A stretch of DNA of 64,000 nt, from assembly GCF_009914755.1 (NCBI RefSeq), contig NC_060942.1. The stretch is one strand, 5' to 3'. Positions 13,016-26,769 of this stretch are shown here, piece by piece. Numbering within the stretch: the first letter of the stretch is position 1; each line of letters begins with the position of its first letter. The position numbers and the translations under genes are program-made. This DNA is from the human T2T-CHM13v2.0 reference genome, Homo sapiens. The notes beneath the pieces were generated by a model. The model did no database searches. It worked only from the letters and a program-made list of their open reading frames with translations, and was not told the DNA's origin.

Positions 13016-14974
13016 TTCAGATTTTGTGGAAGCCCAAAGGATTAAAGATTCAGGGTGCATTTGGAGGACAATGCAGTAGAGAACATTCTTATAGAAGTAA
13101 AAGAGTTACAGTAGACAGGACTAGCAGACAACCCCCAAAAACTGAGAGAATCAAGCCTGATTATGGAAGACCATGGATGCCAAGCTAAGAGGTGTGGGTG
13201 TGACTGATTCATGAATGTATGGACCAATGAGCCGACTCTCAGTGATCCCTTGGAAGTGTCATGGGGGTTTCCATTAAGTTTAGGTCAACTCTTCCACTGC
13301 CACAGGGAAATGGCAGTCTTAAGTCACAGTGGTGTCATGCACTGCTGTGTCAGAGCTCCTTCTCAGACAAGCTAGGTGACCCTAGACAAGTTCCTTCACC
13401 TCTCTGGGTCCTGAGTCTCCCCCTCTGTGAAAGGAGAGGCAGGCTTCAGGATTGGCAGGGGCCCTTCTGGCTCAGCCATCCCTATCACTCTTCTCCACTC
13501 TCCCAATCTACATCGGGCCTGGAACTTTCAGATGCTCCCTTACATCCCACCCTACCAACCTTTTACCCACTCCCTCCCACCCCAGCTCACACCCCCTCCC
13601 ACCTCCATCTCCAGCAACCCCAGCTTCTTGTTTCCCAGGAAACCCTGTTTTGCCAACAGTGCCCAGAGCACAAACATGCAACCCAAGCAGCCCAAATGAG
13701 TCTCATCCCCTCTCTCCACCCACTGGAACACAGAGGACCTGGCTGGTATTTAATTAGTTTGCAATATTACATATCTGTTAAATCTTTTAATCCATTTAAT
13801 AAAAAAAAGTTAAGACACATACACACAACTAACTCACTAACAATGGCCCCAATTTGTGTTTTGTCTGACTGGGAGTAATATTCATGTCTACATGAGGATG
13901 GCATGTAATTAACATGTCATAATCAAAATGACTAAGTTTGACACATTATAATCACTGCATGGAGATTATAGCATAGCCAGGGGCGATCCACACAGCCTAT
14001 CTTAATATAATTTGCATAATGAAAGCATGGTGGCAGTAATAGCTTTTTTCTCTTGTTATCATAATTTCACCCAGGGCTGCAAGGGGCTCCCGCACTGTCA
14101 GATGTTGCCTGTTAAAAGTCATTGTGACTTGAAGAAGGCTGCAAAAATGGCCCAAAGTCTTGAAAAAATAGCTTGATGACTTGTCCCTTGTGAACAGAGT
14201 GGGGCAATACCAGGATGAGCCCCCCAAAAATTATTCTACAAACCCATACCCAGCAGGCATTGGGACAGGCACTGGGAACTTGATGTCCTCAGGCCCCTTG
14301 CTTGCTGAGGATGTGAAATTACCTTCTGATCAATGGCAAGTGCTGATATTCCTAGACCCCAGGCAAGCATGGCCAGACATGCATATCCCCCTAAGCAGAC
14401 CCCTCACAGTTTGACAGTTGCCCAAATGGGGTTCTCATCCATCTAGGGCCATGATGCTGACCCTAGAGGTCAAAGGTACGGGTCTGAGAGCCATGCCGGC
14501 CAGTCAGTCAACCTCCATTTCATGGTCACAGACCATGTCCCTAACCTGAGTGAGTGCCTCATGGAATTAGGTGAGAAATTATGTGGGAGAACATCCACTC
14601 ACACAGCATTCCCTCTTCCCCTAATTTGCCACAGGTCGCATTTAACCTGCCACTCTTTTAGCTCCCTGCGAAGCCTGCTCCTCTGTGCCAGCCAAGGGCA
14701 GTTGTTCTCTATCAATCGCCCACTCTGTCCTCTTGCTCCTTCCTCCTCACCTCCTGCTGCCCCAAGCCCACTGTCTGACTTACCCGAAACCTCAGCTAGA
14801 GACCCACTTTTATTTAACCTGCTGATACCTCCTCAGTACCACCAAAAGCACTTTTATAAGCATTACATTTTAATCTCAGAGAATCATATTAATTGGGACA
14901 GGAGGACTTTTTTGACTAGGGCCTGAACTTGGAAATAATATCCCCACACAAATTTAGAGCATAAAAATACTTAT

Positions 14975-15570
14975 ACTCACTTCTAACAAAGGAAAGGGGA
15001 CACTAATAACTTTACAATGGAAAAACCTTCACCAAGTGAACAAAGTTAATATCACCAGTGGCAAGTCATGTTGATATCATGTACCCTTGACCTCATAAGA
15101 TGAAAGAGTACTTCATTTCTGTGGCATTCTTCCTCTGAGTTCAAAACCCCAGTCTAATCATGAGAAAGTACCAGACAAATCCAAGCTGAGGAACATTCTT
15201 CAAAATACTTGACCAGAACTATTCAAAAGTGTCAAGATCATGGAGGAGAAAAATAAAAGACAGGAACTGTCACAGGTCAGAGAACACTATGGAGACAGGA
15301 CAACTAAAGGCACGAATGGCATCCTGGTTGGATCTCAGGACTGAAAAAGATTATTTGTGGAAAAATTAGGGAAATCCAAATAAAGATCACAGTGTAGTTA
15401 ATAGTATTGCATAAATGTTAATTTCTTCTCAGTTTTGATAAATGTTCTATAGTTACATAAGATGTTAACATTAGGTAAAACACTGGATAAAATTGGGTGA
15501 AGGTATACCTCCATACTATCTTTACAACATTTTAGTTTATTCGGGCTCTATGAAAATAAAAAGGTTTAAA
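14975..15570 (+). mobile_element. Old L1 3' UTR (L1MC4/L1ME-like)
   Basis: tctaatcatgagaaagtaccagacaaatccaagctgagg...aagatgttaacattagg...aaataaaaagg. Confidence 0.75.
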
Positions 15571-17947
15571 ACGACATTTTCAAAATGTCACAAAAAAATA
15601 TTGAAACTGCGGAGATCTCACAAGCTTTTAGCAAACTGTCACAGAATCCAATCTGAATAGAAGTCTTTGTTCCCAACTACATTTCCCCATGGTTTAGCAA
15701 ATTCTGCCCACCTGGCTGATGGCTCTTGTGACGCTAAGCTATAATTACATTTTGGTTTTCATATGAGAGGGTAGAAAGAAGAATCTGAATCTATGATCAT
15801 AAACTACCCCAAAATGTAGAGCTAACTCATTCCGTGGAAGCCTGCCAACCACATAGCAAATGGGCTTGTTTTCCACCTCGTATGTGATATCATAAAGACA
15901 CAGATGAAGGTGATTCAATGGTGGTTAAAACGCATAAGAAAAAAGAACTTCTAGTAAGATCCCAATAGAACTGGAAGAGACCTTTGACTTCTTGGGCCTG
16001 ACCCTCTTTTTTTCTCTGAAGGGACTGAGGCTTAGAGAGCTCAGGGTCACACAGCAGATTGGCATAGAGTTGGAAGTGGGACCCAGCTCTTCAAATTCCC
16101 AGCCCAGGGATCAGAGTAAATTCACAGGAGCTCATGTGCAGAGTAGACTGTGAGGTGGTATCCTGGTCACCCATCTGTCCTGAGAGATAGAGAACTGTCA
16201 ATGCATACTTCAAAGTCCTCCAGGACACATTGGCTAGTCTTGCTCTTCCTCATGGATGGTGTGAGCCTCCCTCTGCTTTCATGGCCACTTTCACCAGCTC
16301 CACTTTGCCTGGACCTGCAAGCTGCACTCCTGCACCCACCCAGAGATGCACTTTCTAGATACATTTTCTGGATGAGGCTGGATGCTATTCACAAGGCCCC
16401 AAAGCAAAGAGCTTTGTTGCCAAGTCAGGGCTGTTTTCCCCCTGCCAACACCCCTCCCTTATTTTGGGGGCTTGTCATTCACGGCTGCCTGTCAGTCATC
16501 CGGGTCCTGGTAAGGAAATGAGGCCAAGGAACTCAGGCACAGAGCCCCCCACTGCGAGGAAAATGTTGACTCACAGCCAATGCATTTTAACTCAGGGAAA
16601 CTCCCAGGAAAATCAGAGGGCTGTGCCTAGGCTCCAGGGCTTTCTGTTCTTCTCCAGGCCTGGAATTAATGCCATCATTTTTTTCTGGGCCAGGAAACTG
16701 CAGGAAGGCTCTCCTCCACCATGGGCAGCCCTCCTGCCAACCAAAGGGGCCACTGCTCCACTGCGCAAGTTTCACAGCAGCTCCTTACTCAGAGACAGCC
16801 TTAGATGTGGCAATATTATCTGAAAAATAATGACTGGCCCCCTCCCCCTCAAAAACATCCCCTACTATGTCCCTTCCTGGTGCCTGGAATTTCTCCATTA
16901 GATTTGGATTCCTTTGAATTAAGGAGAGTTTTTGCTTTGTTTTTTAACCTTTGTCCTTGGCTGCAAGGAACAGAGTCCACTTAAAGTCCCCTAAGCAAAC
17001 TGGGGGACACTACAGTAACCTCTGAAGGAGGAGGACAATAAGAGACGCCTGGCCATGTGAGGAGCACTGCTCCCCATGATAAGCTTTGCCAAACCCCTGG
17101 ATTAGACCAGTTGCCTCCTTTATCTTTCCCAGCTTTGTATAACTTCCCTCAGCACAGCTAATACTTATACAGTGATTCTTAGAAATATTTGCTTCATTTC
17201 TCTCTTCCCATTAGAATGTAGGCTCTGAAAAGTCAGAGGCTGTTTTGATGTGCTGTCATGTCCTGGTACTAGCCTGGTTGCCAACACGGAGAGGAAGAGC
17301 AGTGAATATTACTGAAAAAAAAGAGAAGGGAAAAGGGAAAGAGGCCAGCCTGACTTTAACAGCAATAACAACCTCAGAGAGGAGGCAGAGGATGCAGCTA
17401 GGACCACCCAGCTCCTCCTAGGACATGAGAAGCTAGCCTGACACTGGACCACACAGCTCAGTGTGACCACCTGCCCCATTCTCTAAGAGCAGCTCTGACA
17501 GTTCACTCTGTTTCCTGCATTGTGAGATAAAAATCAACTCTCCTAAAAAGCAAACTGAATTTTTCCATATTGGAATTCTGTTTTCGACATTAATCATCAT
17601 AAAGATCAAGGTCCCTACACAGAAATTCTTCCTACCATTAACGTTTGCCATCTGCAAAGGCAAACTAAATACAAGACAAGTACATGCAGCCATGCCTCAA
17701 CCAGACAGAGCATGTGCACCCTGCAGTGCTATAGGATGCATTCAAATGAAATCAAAGTTTTGACAGTGTGGAGTCATGTATGGGATTTTATTTTTGTGTT
17801 GTATTTACCTCCCCACTCCCGAAGGCCTGTAGCCCCATCCATGAAAGCAAGAAACTGGGGCATCATTATGGGCTTCCGTTCAGCAGCAAGTTAACAGAAT
17901 ACCTGTTTAATGGGTCTTCTTGTATGTCTCACAATAAGTCAGAAGCA

Positions 17948-18262
<315 letters not shown>

Positions 18263-18873
18263 AATCAGAAGCAATTGCCTACCTAGCATATATGACAACT
18301 GCAAGAAATCATTGGTTAAAAACTCTTTACAATATTATTTTTAGCAATAAGTTTCAAATTTGCCTCAATTGTCTTACGCAGGGACCTTGGCACGTGAGAG
18401 TCAGGGTGCCTGGCACCCTCTATTTCATCCCTAGCCCTGACCCAAGGGTAAGTTCTGCCTTCAGACACACCAGTGGCAGCCAATATTGGATCCCATTTCT
18501 GCCACAATTCCAGTTGTTGGTGTGTGTATCACCCGTTCACACTGTTGCTTTGTCATTTAAGTTGACTAAGGGGAGAGGAGCAGAGTGCGTGTGTATGTGA
18601 GTGCACACACACCCACACACTCACACACCATTGATGCTGATTAAAGGTTTATGAGAAGCAAGAAAATCTGATAGGATTTGGGCAGAATCCGACCAGTTTT
18701 AAGTTTTCCATCCTTAAGCCGTTAAGTCCTCACAAGCCGTTATTTTTGTCCTTGATGTTGAAGGGAGACTAAGTTGGGGAATGTAAATGGCAAGGCCCAG
18801 AGTTGCTGAGACGATTATCAGATTTGTGTAAGATTTACTCTGCTCTTTAAAAAAGATCATGCACTCATCCTCA

Positions 18874-18874
18874 A

Positions 18875-18907
<33 letters not shown>

Positions 18908-18910
18908 TCT
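18874..18910. repeat. (CT)n microsatellite
   Basis: Read directly; one interruption. Confidence 0.95.
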
Positions 18911-19329
18911 GGTTTTCTGCAACCCCAGCCTGCAGACAGATCATCAGAAAATTCAACTTTCAAGTGAGGATCATAAGCCAGAGAGTGCAGGACTCCACAC
19001 CAGGGCAGATGACCTGTGGATTCCAGAAGCTCTCAGGAATTTTGCAGATTTCTCAAGGGCAACCCTGTCCATAGAACGGGGAAAAGAACAAGCCCATGCC
19101 TCCAAAGAGAAACTTCACAGTTCGCCTAAGTTTAACCTCTAGTGATTCATTCTCTTGTGTGTGGGGGCCTTCTGATCTCTGGGAGCTCCCTCAAAGGCAA
19201 ACTCCCATGCAGAGGGCATTTCTGAGGACTGAAATCCAGGTGATAATAGTAACTACTGCTTTTTTAGCATTTAGTGCTAACTTTGGCATTTGGGCAACCA
19301 TCAAACACTCTCTTCCATCATCTCGCCCC

Positions 19330-19870
19330 TCCACCCACAGCCCTGTGTTATCAATCCCCTTTCCCAGCCAACCTGGGGACAAGTTGACTTGTCATCACCA
19401 TCTGTACCTCCCCACTTTACACTCTCTCCACAGTCCACTCCACTAGGGCATTGGCTGCACATGTCACCAAAACCACTCTTGTCAGTGTCACCAAAAACTC
19501 CCATGTTGCAAGATACAAAGGCCATTTTTCGGTCTCTTGTACTGAGCCTCTCCTAGAAGCATAAGGTCCCTGGGCTTCCTTGGCACCTCCTCCGCCAGCA
19601 TCTTCTCCTCTTTTTGGCTGCTCCTGCCATAGTTCACCCACTGCCCTCTCCTTCTACCACTCTGTCGAGTACTGGTGCACCCCAGGGCTCAGTCCTAAGC
19701 CCCATTCTTCCCTCTATCCATGTGTGCTCCTGCAGTCCCATGGTTTACACACCATGCATTTACCAATGCCTTTATATAGTTCTCCCACCCAAACCTCTCC
19801 CTGAGCTCCAGCCAGAATCACATATACAACTGCCTACCTGACCTCCCCACTCAGATATATTACAGATCAC
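19330..19870 (+). mobile_element. L2 fragment
   Basis: ccccagggctcagtcctaagcccc...ctgcagtcccatggtttac...ctctccctgagctccag...caactgcctacctgac. Confidence 0.7.
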
Positions 19871-21224
19871 TCGGCTAGTAGCTGGCTAAGGCAGGACATA
19901 AACTCAACTTCAGGTAGATCTGATCTCAAGGCCTGCATTCTTAATGACTCCTGGACTAGAATCCAAGGAGACAGCTATAAACTCTCTGAGAGAAGAGGCA
20001 TCTCCACTCCAAAGATCTACCCAATGGCCTAGGACAGACTTATTCCATCACTTCTCATGCTGTGAGAAATCTGTCATTGTGGGATTTCCCCACTTAAGTA
20101 TAACTAGGTGGTTACCTTTCCTGCAATTTTCAAACAGGGCAGATATGTTAGGGGTAACACGGACCCACAAACACCTGGTATGTCTGTGTCTTCCCAGAGT
20201 GTAAACTCTGCTCAAACATGGACACAGAAAGGCAGACAGCAGGAGAAATCATTTTCCTACAAAGAGAAAACAGATGTGTCTTGGAAGAGAAAATGAGATA
20301 CACCTTTTTGTAATTTAAAAAACAAGACTTCAAACTTCAGGTGGACACCTTAGCCTTCTGCCACAGATTCAAAGGATATAAAGTAGAACTACAAAGAGCT
20401 TAAGTCCTGACTCCTAGAAGCTTGTTTCTAATATCTGCCTCCATTAGCCTTCGTCTTAAACCAGGAAGGTGGTATGAACACTCAACAAACCGTCAGTGTA
20501 CTTTGGAAGAGGTGGGATAAAAGTGGACATTTTTGCCTTGCCTCTGATGTCTTTAGCGAAGCCAAATAAATCTGGAAAGAAAAATTAAATATTTCCCTGA
20601 AACCTCACAGGAGAAAAAAAGAGAAAGGCTTTCAGAAGTCCCCAGAGAAACAAGAAATGACTATTTCCAAAACAAAGTTTGATTTGAAATTATAAGAAGC
20701 TAGAGGTAGTTTTGAAAACCAGTGAACACTCATGAACTTAATCAGGCTTAGCAAAGCAGAGACAGAAATGCAGATTGGAAGTTGCCCCTGGATAGCTTGG
20801 CCAGCAGAATAAAACCCAGAGGCAGAATCAATTTTTTTTCTTTCAGATTAAAGCCGCAGCATCTCTCAGTTGAAGGCAGAGGTATAAAGTCAAAGACTCC
20901 AGAAGTTCTTGGAAAATGATAAGTCAATCTCTTGACAAATGATCCAGGGGCAACTTCGAATTCCTGTTTCTATCTCTACCTCTCTGATTACTTTAACAAG
21001 CACTTTCTGATTGGACCTTGGTAATTCCAGCAAGCCAAGACTTTCCATGGGTAAGCATAATTTATAATAGCCTTAGACACCACTCCTCCATCACAGTCAC
21101 CTTTGTCATCATGAGTTTCCAAAGCAACAGGAGGTGAGTACACTTAGCCCTCCTGGAGTCTATATGTAGCCTGTAGTTTAACTATAACATTAGTTGATTT
21201 GCATCCTACATGGTTATGCTATGG

Positions 21225-21470
21225 TAGGGGCAGGATTCTGGAGTTGGTCCTCCTGGGTTTGAGTCTTAGCTCTACCACTTACTAGCTGTGTATCTTGAGC
21301 AAGTTATTTCATCTCTTTGAGCCCCAGTTTTTTCATCTAAGAATGATGATAATAGTAATATCTATCTGATAAGGTTGGTGAGAGGATGAACTGAGATACA
21401 GCATGAAAGTATTTGGTGCTGTGTCTACAGCACAGCAAGTAATTCAATAAGCAGAAGCTATTGTTGTTAC
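21225..21470 (+). mobile_element. MIR SINE
   Basis: cctgggtttgagtcttagctctaccacttactagctgtgtatcttgagcaagttattt. Confidence 0.85.
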
Positions 21471-21811
21471 TAGAGATTTCTTAGTCAGAGGTGTCTGACC
21501 TTGTCATAGCCATTTTCTAATCCATGGTGTTGAGTTCATGCCTCATATGTACAAAGTGTTGTTCAGGAACTCCGATAATGTCTGTGATCTGTACATTTCA
21601 CAGGACTTCACCTTACCCTCTTAGATTACTGGCAACCTCGCATCCCCTGAATTCCTGTTCAGGGAGAAGAGCAAGTCCTTCCTTCAGGGACTGGAGAATG
21701 ACAACCTTCACAGAACCCAGAGCTAGAGACTGAGGACTCAGAATGTAGACTGGGAATAAGAGAACTACAGCCAGGGGCCAAATCCCTCCAGCCACAACAA
21801 CAAAAAAAAAA

Positions 21812-22695
21812 AAAAGCTTGATTGGGGTACATTTGACATACAAAAAAACTGCACACATTTAATGTATACAATGTGATGAGTTGGGTACATGCATACAGCC
21901 GTGAAACTATCACCACAATCAATGTAATAAACATATCCAGCACCTCCAAAAGTTTCCTTGTGCCCCTTTATTGTTGTTTTTGTTTTTGTGGTAAGAGCAT
22001 TTATCAAGAGATTACCCTCTTAATCTTTTAAGTGCACAATAGTCTGGTTACCTAGAGGCACATTGCTCTACAGCAGATCCCTAGAACTTACTCATCTTGC
22101 ATAACTGAGACTTTATACCCATTGAACAGCAGCTGTTTGCTTCTCTTTCCCCATTCTGTGGTAACCACCATTCTACTCTCTGCTTCTATGAATTTGGCTA
22201 TTTTAGATACCTAACATAAGTAGGATTATGCAGTACTTGTTTTTCTAGTCTGCTTATTTCACTTAGCATAATGTCCTCCAGAGTCCCCCCATGTTGTCAC
22301 ATATGTCATGATTTTCTTCTTCTTTTTTTTTTTGTTGGGGGGGTGGTGCTCACTGCAACCTCCGCCTCCCGGGTTCAAGCGATTCTCCTGCCTCAGCCTC
22401 CTGAGTAGCTGGGATTATAGGCACCCACCACCATGCCCAGCTAATTTTTATATTTTTGGTAGAGATGGGTTTCACCATGTTGGCCAGGATGGTCTCGAAC
22501 TCCCAACCTCATGTCATCCACCCGCCTTGGCCTCCCAAAGTGCTGGGATTACAGGTGTGAGCCACTGCTCCCGGCCTTCTTTTTTAAGACTAGATAATAT
22601 TGCATTGAAAGTATATTTGTATATTTTATTTACTCATTCAGCCATTCATGGACATTTAGGTTTTTGTCATATCTTGGCTACTATGAATAATGTCC
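21812..22695 (-). mobile_element. L1MB-type 3' end containing an Alu
   Basis: gtgaaactatcaccacaatca...ctagaacttactcatcttgcataactga...cttatttcacttagcataatgtcctcca. Confidence 0.85.
22315..22576 (-). mobile_element. Alu (AluS-type) lacking its last ~45-50 nt
   Basis: gctcactgcaacctccgcctcccgggttcaagcgattctcc...gccactgctcccggcc. Confidence 0.93.
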
Positions 22696-22697
22696 AG

Positions 22698-22990
22698 CAC
22701 TTATTTTTGTAAATAAAGTTTTAATGGAACATAGCCACACCCATTCCTTTACAAATAGTCATCTACAGCTGCTTTCAGGCTACAATAGCAGAATTGAATA
22801 GCTGCTTTAGAGACTCTCACAAGCAAAGTCTAAAATGTTTCCTATCTGGATGCTTGTGATAAATGCAGATTCCTGGGTCTCATCCCAGACTTTCAGAATC
22901 TGAATGCCTGAGATATGGCCCAGGAGAGTGCATTAAAACAAAAACAATAACAATACTCCTCCAGGTGCATCTTAAGCCTATCAGAGATTT
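22698..22990. mobile_element. Adjacent hAT-Charlie MITE fragments (MER58-like, then MER5A-like from ~22851)
   Basis: tttttgtaaataaagttttaatggaacatagccacacccatt; aaatgcagattcctgggtctcatcccagac...gaatctgaa. Confidence 0.75.
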
Positions 22991-23559
22991 AATGTGAGAC
23001 ATAGAATGTGAGAATCTTTGTTCTTGATTCCTGAGGTTATATTTTATTCAAACATAAACCCCGCTACACAACGTCCAGCATGCAGTGGGTGTTCAAAAGA
23101 CACCTGCTTGTTACATTTTGAAAAAGCTGTTATTGTCAATGTCCCAGAGCCCACCGAGATTCAAACTACCCAATCCTAACCGGGCACACCCTGTCTCACC
23201 TGTTTGTTCCTGCAGAAACTGCAACAAAGGCTCTTGCACACAGTCCCCCCAACTCCCTCTTTCCCTCTGCCTCCTGACCAACCCTGGGGCCTCTGTGGCA
23301 TGCCATGCCCCCTCTCCTCTTGGGAATATTGGGTAACAAATTGTCTTCTCAATGACAATCACCTCCTGATCTGTTGGCCTTACTACACCTCAAATTTTCT
23401 CTTACTACACTGTATTTTAAACCACCACCACCCCTCCCTGTCTGACAGATGCCTCAGTACCTTCTCCCCACGCGTATGTTCTGCCTCTCTCTCTGCTGTT
23501 CCCCAGGACACAAACATGCTCAGGTTGCTCCCCTGCATTTAGAACATTTTAACCTCTGC

Positions 23560-25015
23560 TCACTCCTATCTCCCCTGCCCTTTCCAATCAAGTTTCCCAA
23601 AGGCTTGTGTGTACTGTCTGCCTCCTCCTCCATTCAGTCATCCAGCCCCTCCAACCTCTGCTCCACTAGAACTGTCCTGGCAAAAGGCACTGATTCTTTA
23701 TGGCTAAACCATATGGCACATCTCCAGCTCACTGGACCAGGCCACTGCATATGACACCACTGTCCACCCACTCCTCTTCACTGTCTCCTCTGTGCCCTGC
23801 CCACCCTCTCCTTGGCACCCTGCCCACCCTCTCCTTAGCACCCCACCCACCCCCTCCTCTTTGCCCTGTCTGCCCTCTCCTCTGTGCCCTGCCCACCCTC
23901 TCCTCGGCACCCTGCCCACCCCTCCTCTGCGTCCTGCCCGCCCTCTCCTCTGCGTCCTGTCTGCCCTTTCCTCTACGCTCTCTCTGCCCTGTCCTATGTG
24001 CCCTGCCCGCCCTCTCCTCTGCGCCCTGCCCACCGTCTCCTCTGCGCCCTGCCTGCCCTCTCCTCTGCATTCTGTGTGCCCTCTCTTCTGCACCCTCTCC
24101 GCCCTCTCCTCTGCGCCCTGCCCACCCTCTCCTCTGTGCCCTGTCTGCCCTCTCCTCTGCTCCCTGCCCACCCTTCCTCTTGACCCTCACCTCTGTGTCC
24201 TGTCTGCCCTCTCCTCTGCAAGGTTCCTGTTGCTCTCCTAGTGCCTACCTCCCCAACCACTGCTCACACCCTCCTGCCATCTGCAGAGGCTCCAATTGCT
24301 GCTCTTCCCCAGATGTGCTGCTGTTCCCCAGGCCTCTTTCTTCAGCCTTCCTCCTTTCAAATGACCATACACCATTTGGAGAATTGGATGAAAGCTGAGG
24401 ACCCTCTCCCCAGAAAAATACACTAACCATACTCAAATTTCTGCATAAATATCAAGGGATTCAACAACCTCCTAAGGCCCATGCTTTCACCTTTGGGGAA
24501 CCAAGAACATCTGGTTTATGTGTGTGCACACTCAAATTCCTCTGGTCACTCCAGATCTGATGTCCCCTCCTGATTTCTAGATCCTACAGTTTACCGGGAG
24601 GCTTCTCCTAGTTACCCCATGGACATCTAAGTTCAGAATGTCCAAGGCTAAAGCCATTAGCCCCCACAGAACCCACTCCTCTTCTGGAATTCCCCCTCAT
24701 GATGCTATCATTATCTGCTAAGCATTCAAGGCAAACACCTGGCAGTCTTTCACAATCCTCCCTCCTCCTCAGCCCTCACGTTCCCTCAGTCCCTAGGTCC
24801 TATCAACAATTCAAAACAATTTAATTGTTGAGGTCCTCCTCAACAATTCTCAGGCTGCCCCCATTCCTATCCCCTCTCCATTGCCCAGGTCCTTACCCTT
24901 GTCATTGCTCACCTGGATTCATGCCTCTAGCCACCCACGCTGCGAAAAGAGCAGTCATTCCAACATGCAGATCTGCTCAAAATCTCTCAACATCCCTCCC
25001 CACCTTACCCCCTGG
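23560..25015 (+). mobile_element. Degraded L2 flanking the VNTR on both sides
   Basis: ctccactagaactgtcctggcaaaaggcac before it; ggacatctaagttcagaatgtccaaggctaaa after it. Confidence 0.55.
23763..24218. repeat. C-rich VNTR, ~23-bp unit, ~19-20 degenerate copies
   Basis: Units such as ctcctctgtgccctgcccaccct, ctccttggcaccctgcccaccct and ctcctctgcgccctgcctgccct. Confidence 0.95.
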
Positions 25016-25019
25016 TCTA

Positions 25020-25646
25020 CAGCAATATTTTTCAAACCGTGGTCCACCTACAGATTCTCCAAAATTTGAGTCTTCTCAATGGGACGCTTAAATTTCTACT
25101 TACATATTTTAGATCATTTGGATGGCTAAAAGGCTTCTAACTCCACACCTACATTTGCTTTTGTATTGACCATCACATTGGAACAAAGATGACCCACTTT
25201 ACTTGTAGCAACTAATGAGAAATAGAGGCGAAGTAAAATGTCAAGTCTTCATTCCCAGCCAAATGAAGACCCACATTAGGAAAGAAGCTTTTGCAAAAGT
25301 TAAAATGAAGAACAGTGATGGGCACCCTACCTAGCAGAGGTAATTGCAGCATTTGAAATAAATTGTGCTGGTGGTCAACGCCTTATTCACACCAAAGCAG
25401 TAGCTCAGTTTCAACAAACCAACATCATCCATTTAAGTTGTTAATTTGAATGTTGTTAGTTTTGCATTTTGTTTGTTTTTATTTGTAAATGTGTTAAGTT
25501 TATACATACGCATAACTGACATTTGTTTGTCAATATATACAATAAATATGGAAAAATAATAAAAGAAACATGGGGGAGTGGGGTCATTGGGAATTATTTT
25601 TTCCTTTAAAAGAGCTTACACATTGTTTAAGGTTGAGAATGTCTGG
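25020..25646. mobile_element. hAT-Charlie-like DNA transposon remnant
   Basis: Degenerate TIR-like ends caatatttttcaaacc...ggttgagaatgtctg around an AT-rich interior. Confidence 0.45.
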
Positions 25647-25819
25647 CCTATGGCCTATAAGATAATATTTCTATACCATAACATGAGCACAGGCTACCAC
25701 CACCTGGCCCTTGCCTACCTCGCTATCTACACTCATCACTCAGTTCCCGCTACCACCTGGGCTAACTCAATGCACCTGTACAATTGCAGCTTCCCAAACA
25801 CACAGCACCTCTCACTCAA

Positions 25820-25990
25820 AGTCAGGAATAAGGTGAGGCAAGTGAGGTAATCAGCAAAATTTTAGGGGACACCAAAAAGCTCAGTAATCAATATAGATAA
25901 TATTTTAATGCAATATTTTAAAAAATCAAAATTAATCAAAATACAATGCATGATGAACAAAGTATCAGAATAGTAAAGACAGGGCCAGCA
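25820..25990 (+). mobile_element. MER96B-like hAT fragment
   Basis: aggtgaggcaagtgagg...caaaattttagggggacaccaaaaagctcagtaatcaa...atattttaatgcaatattttaaaaaatcaaaattaat. Confidence 0.65.
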
Positions 25991-26407
25991 CTTCTCTGAG
26001 TTTTGTGTGGAATCTTGCCACTCCTATGACACTCTCTCTCCCTACCTTCTCTGCCTGGCAAAGCACCCCTGACCGGATACATCTCACCTACTTGCCGAGT
26101 GGCATTGCAAATGGCACTTTACTTCTTTGATCTTTATATTCCCCATCTGCAGATGAGGATAATAATCTCACATGTGGTTTTGAGGATTAAAAGAGATAAG
26201 AATGACTATCGAATGTGAACACAGCGCCTGTCCCACGCCATTGCCATTGTTGGCAGTATTGTTATTGTCACAGTTATCTCCAGCATTGCCTCCCCTCTGA
26301 AGCATCACCTCCCCTCTGAAGTCTCTCCTAACATCCTTGACATCCCCAGGAAATTTTAAGAGAGCTTTTTCCCTTGCTTTCCTTATATATTGTACACATC
26401 TCAATTA

Positions 26408-26557
<150 letters not shown>

Positions 26558-26769
26558 TCATATCATATATTATGATTGTTTCTATACCTTTTTTTCCCAC
26601 TGACTATAAGCTGATTGAAGTCCAAGACTATTTTTTTTAATCTTTGTTGGCTTCTGACACAGTAGCTGTTGAGTTAAATATTTATTGAACAAATGAGTGC
26701 ATAAAATGAGATTTAGTCCAAGAACAAATTAATCCACCAAATGGCATCTCATGCAAGTACAAACCAATA

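Noticed and set aside
13261-13878. 205-aa + strand ORF
   Set aside because: It overlaps a MIR-like piece and C-rich low-complexity DNA, with no recognisable domain.
23700-24398. 232-aa ORF and overlapping long ORFs on both strands
   Set aside because: They are translations of the stop-free 23-bp VNTR.
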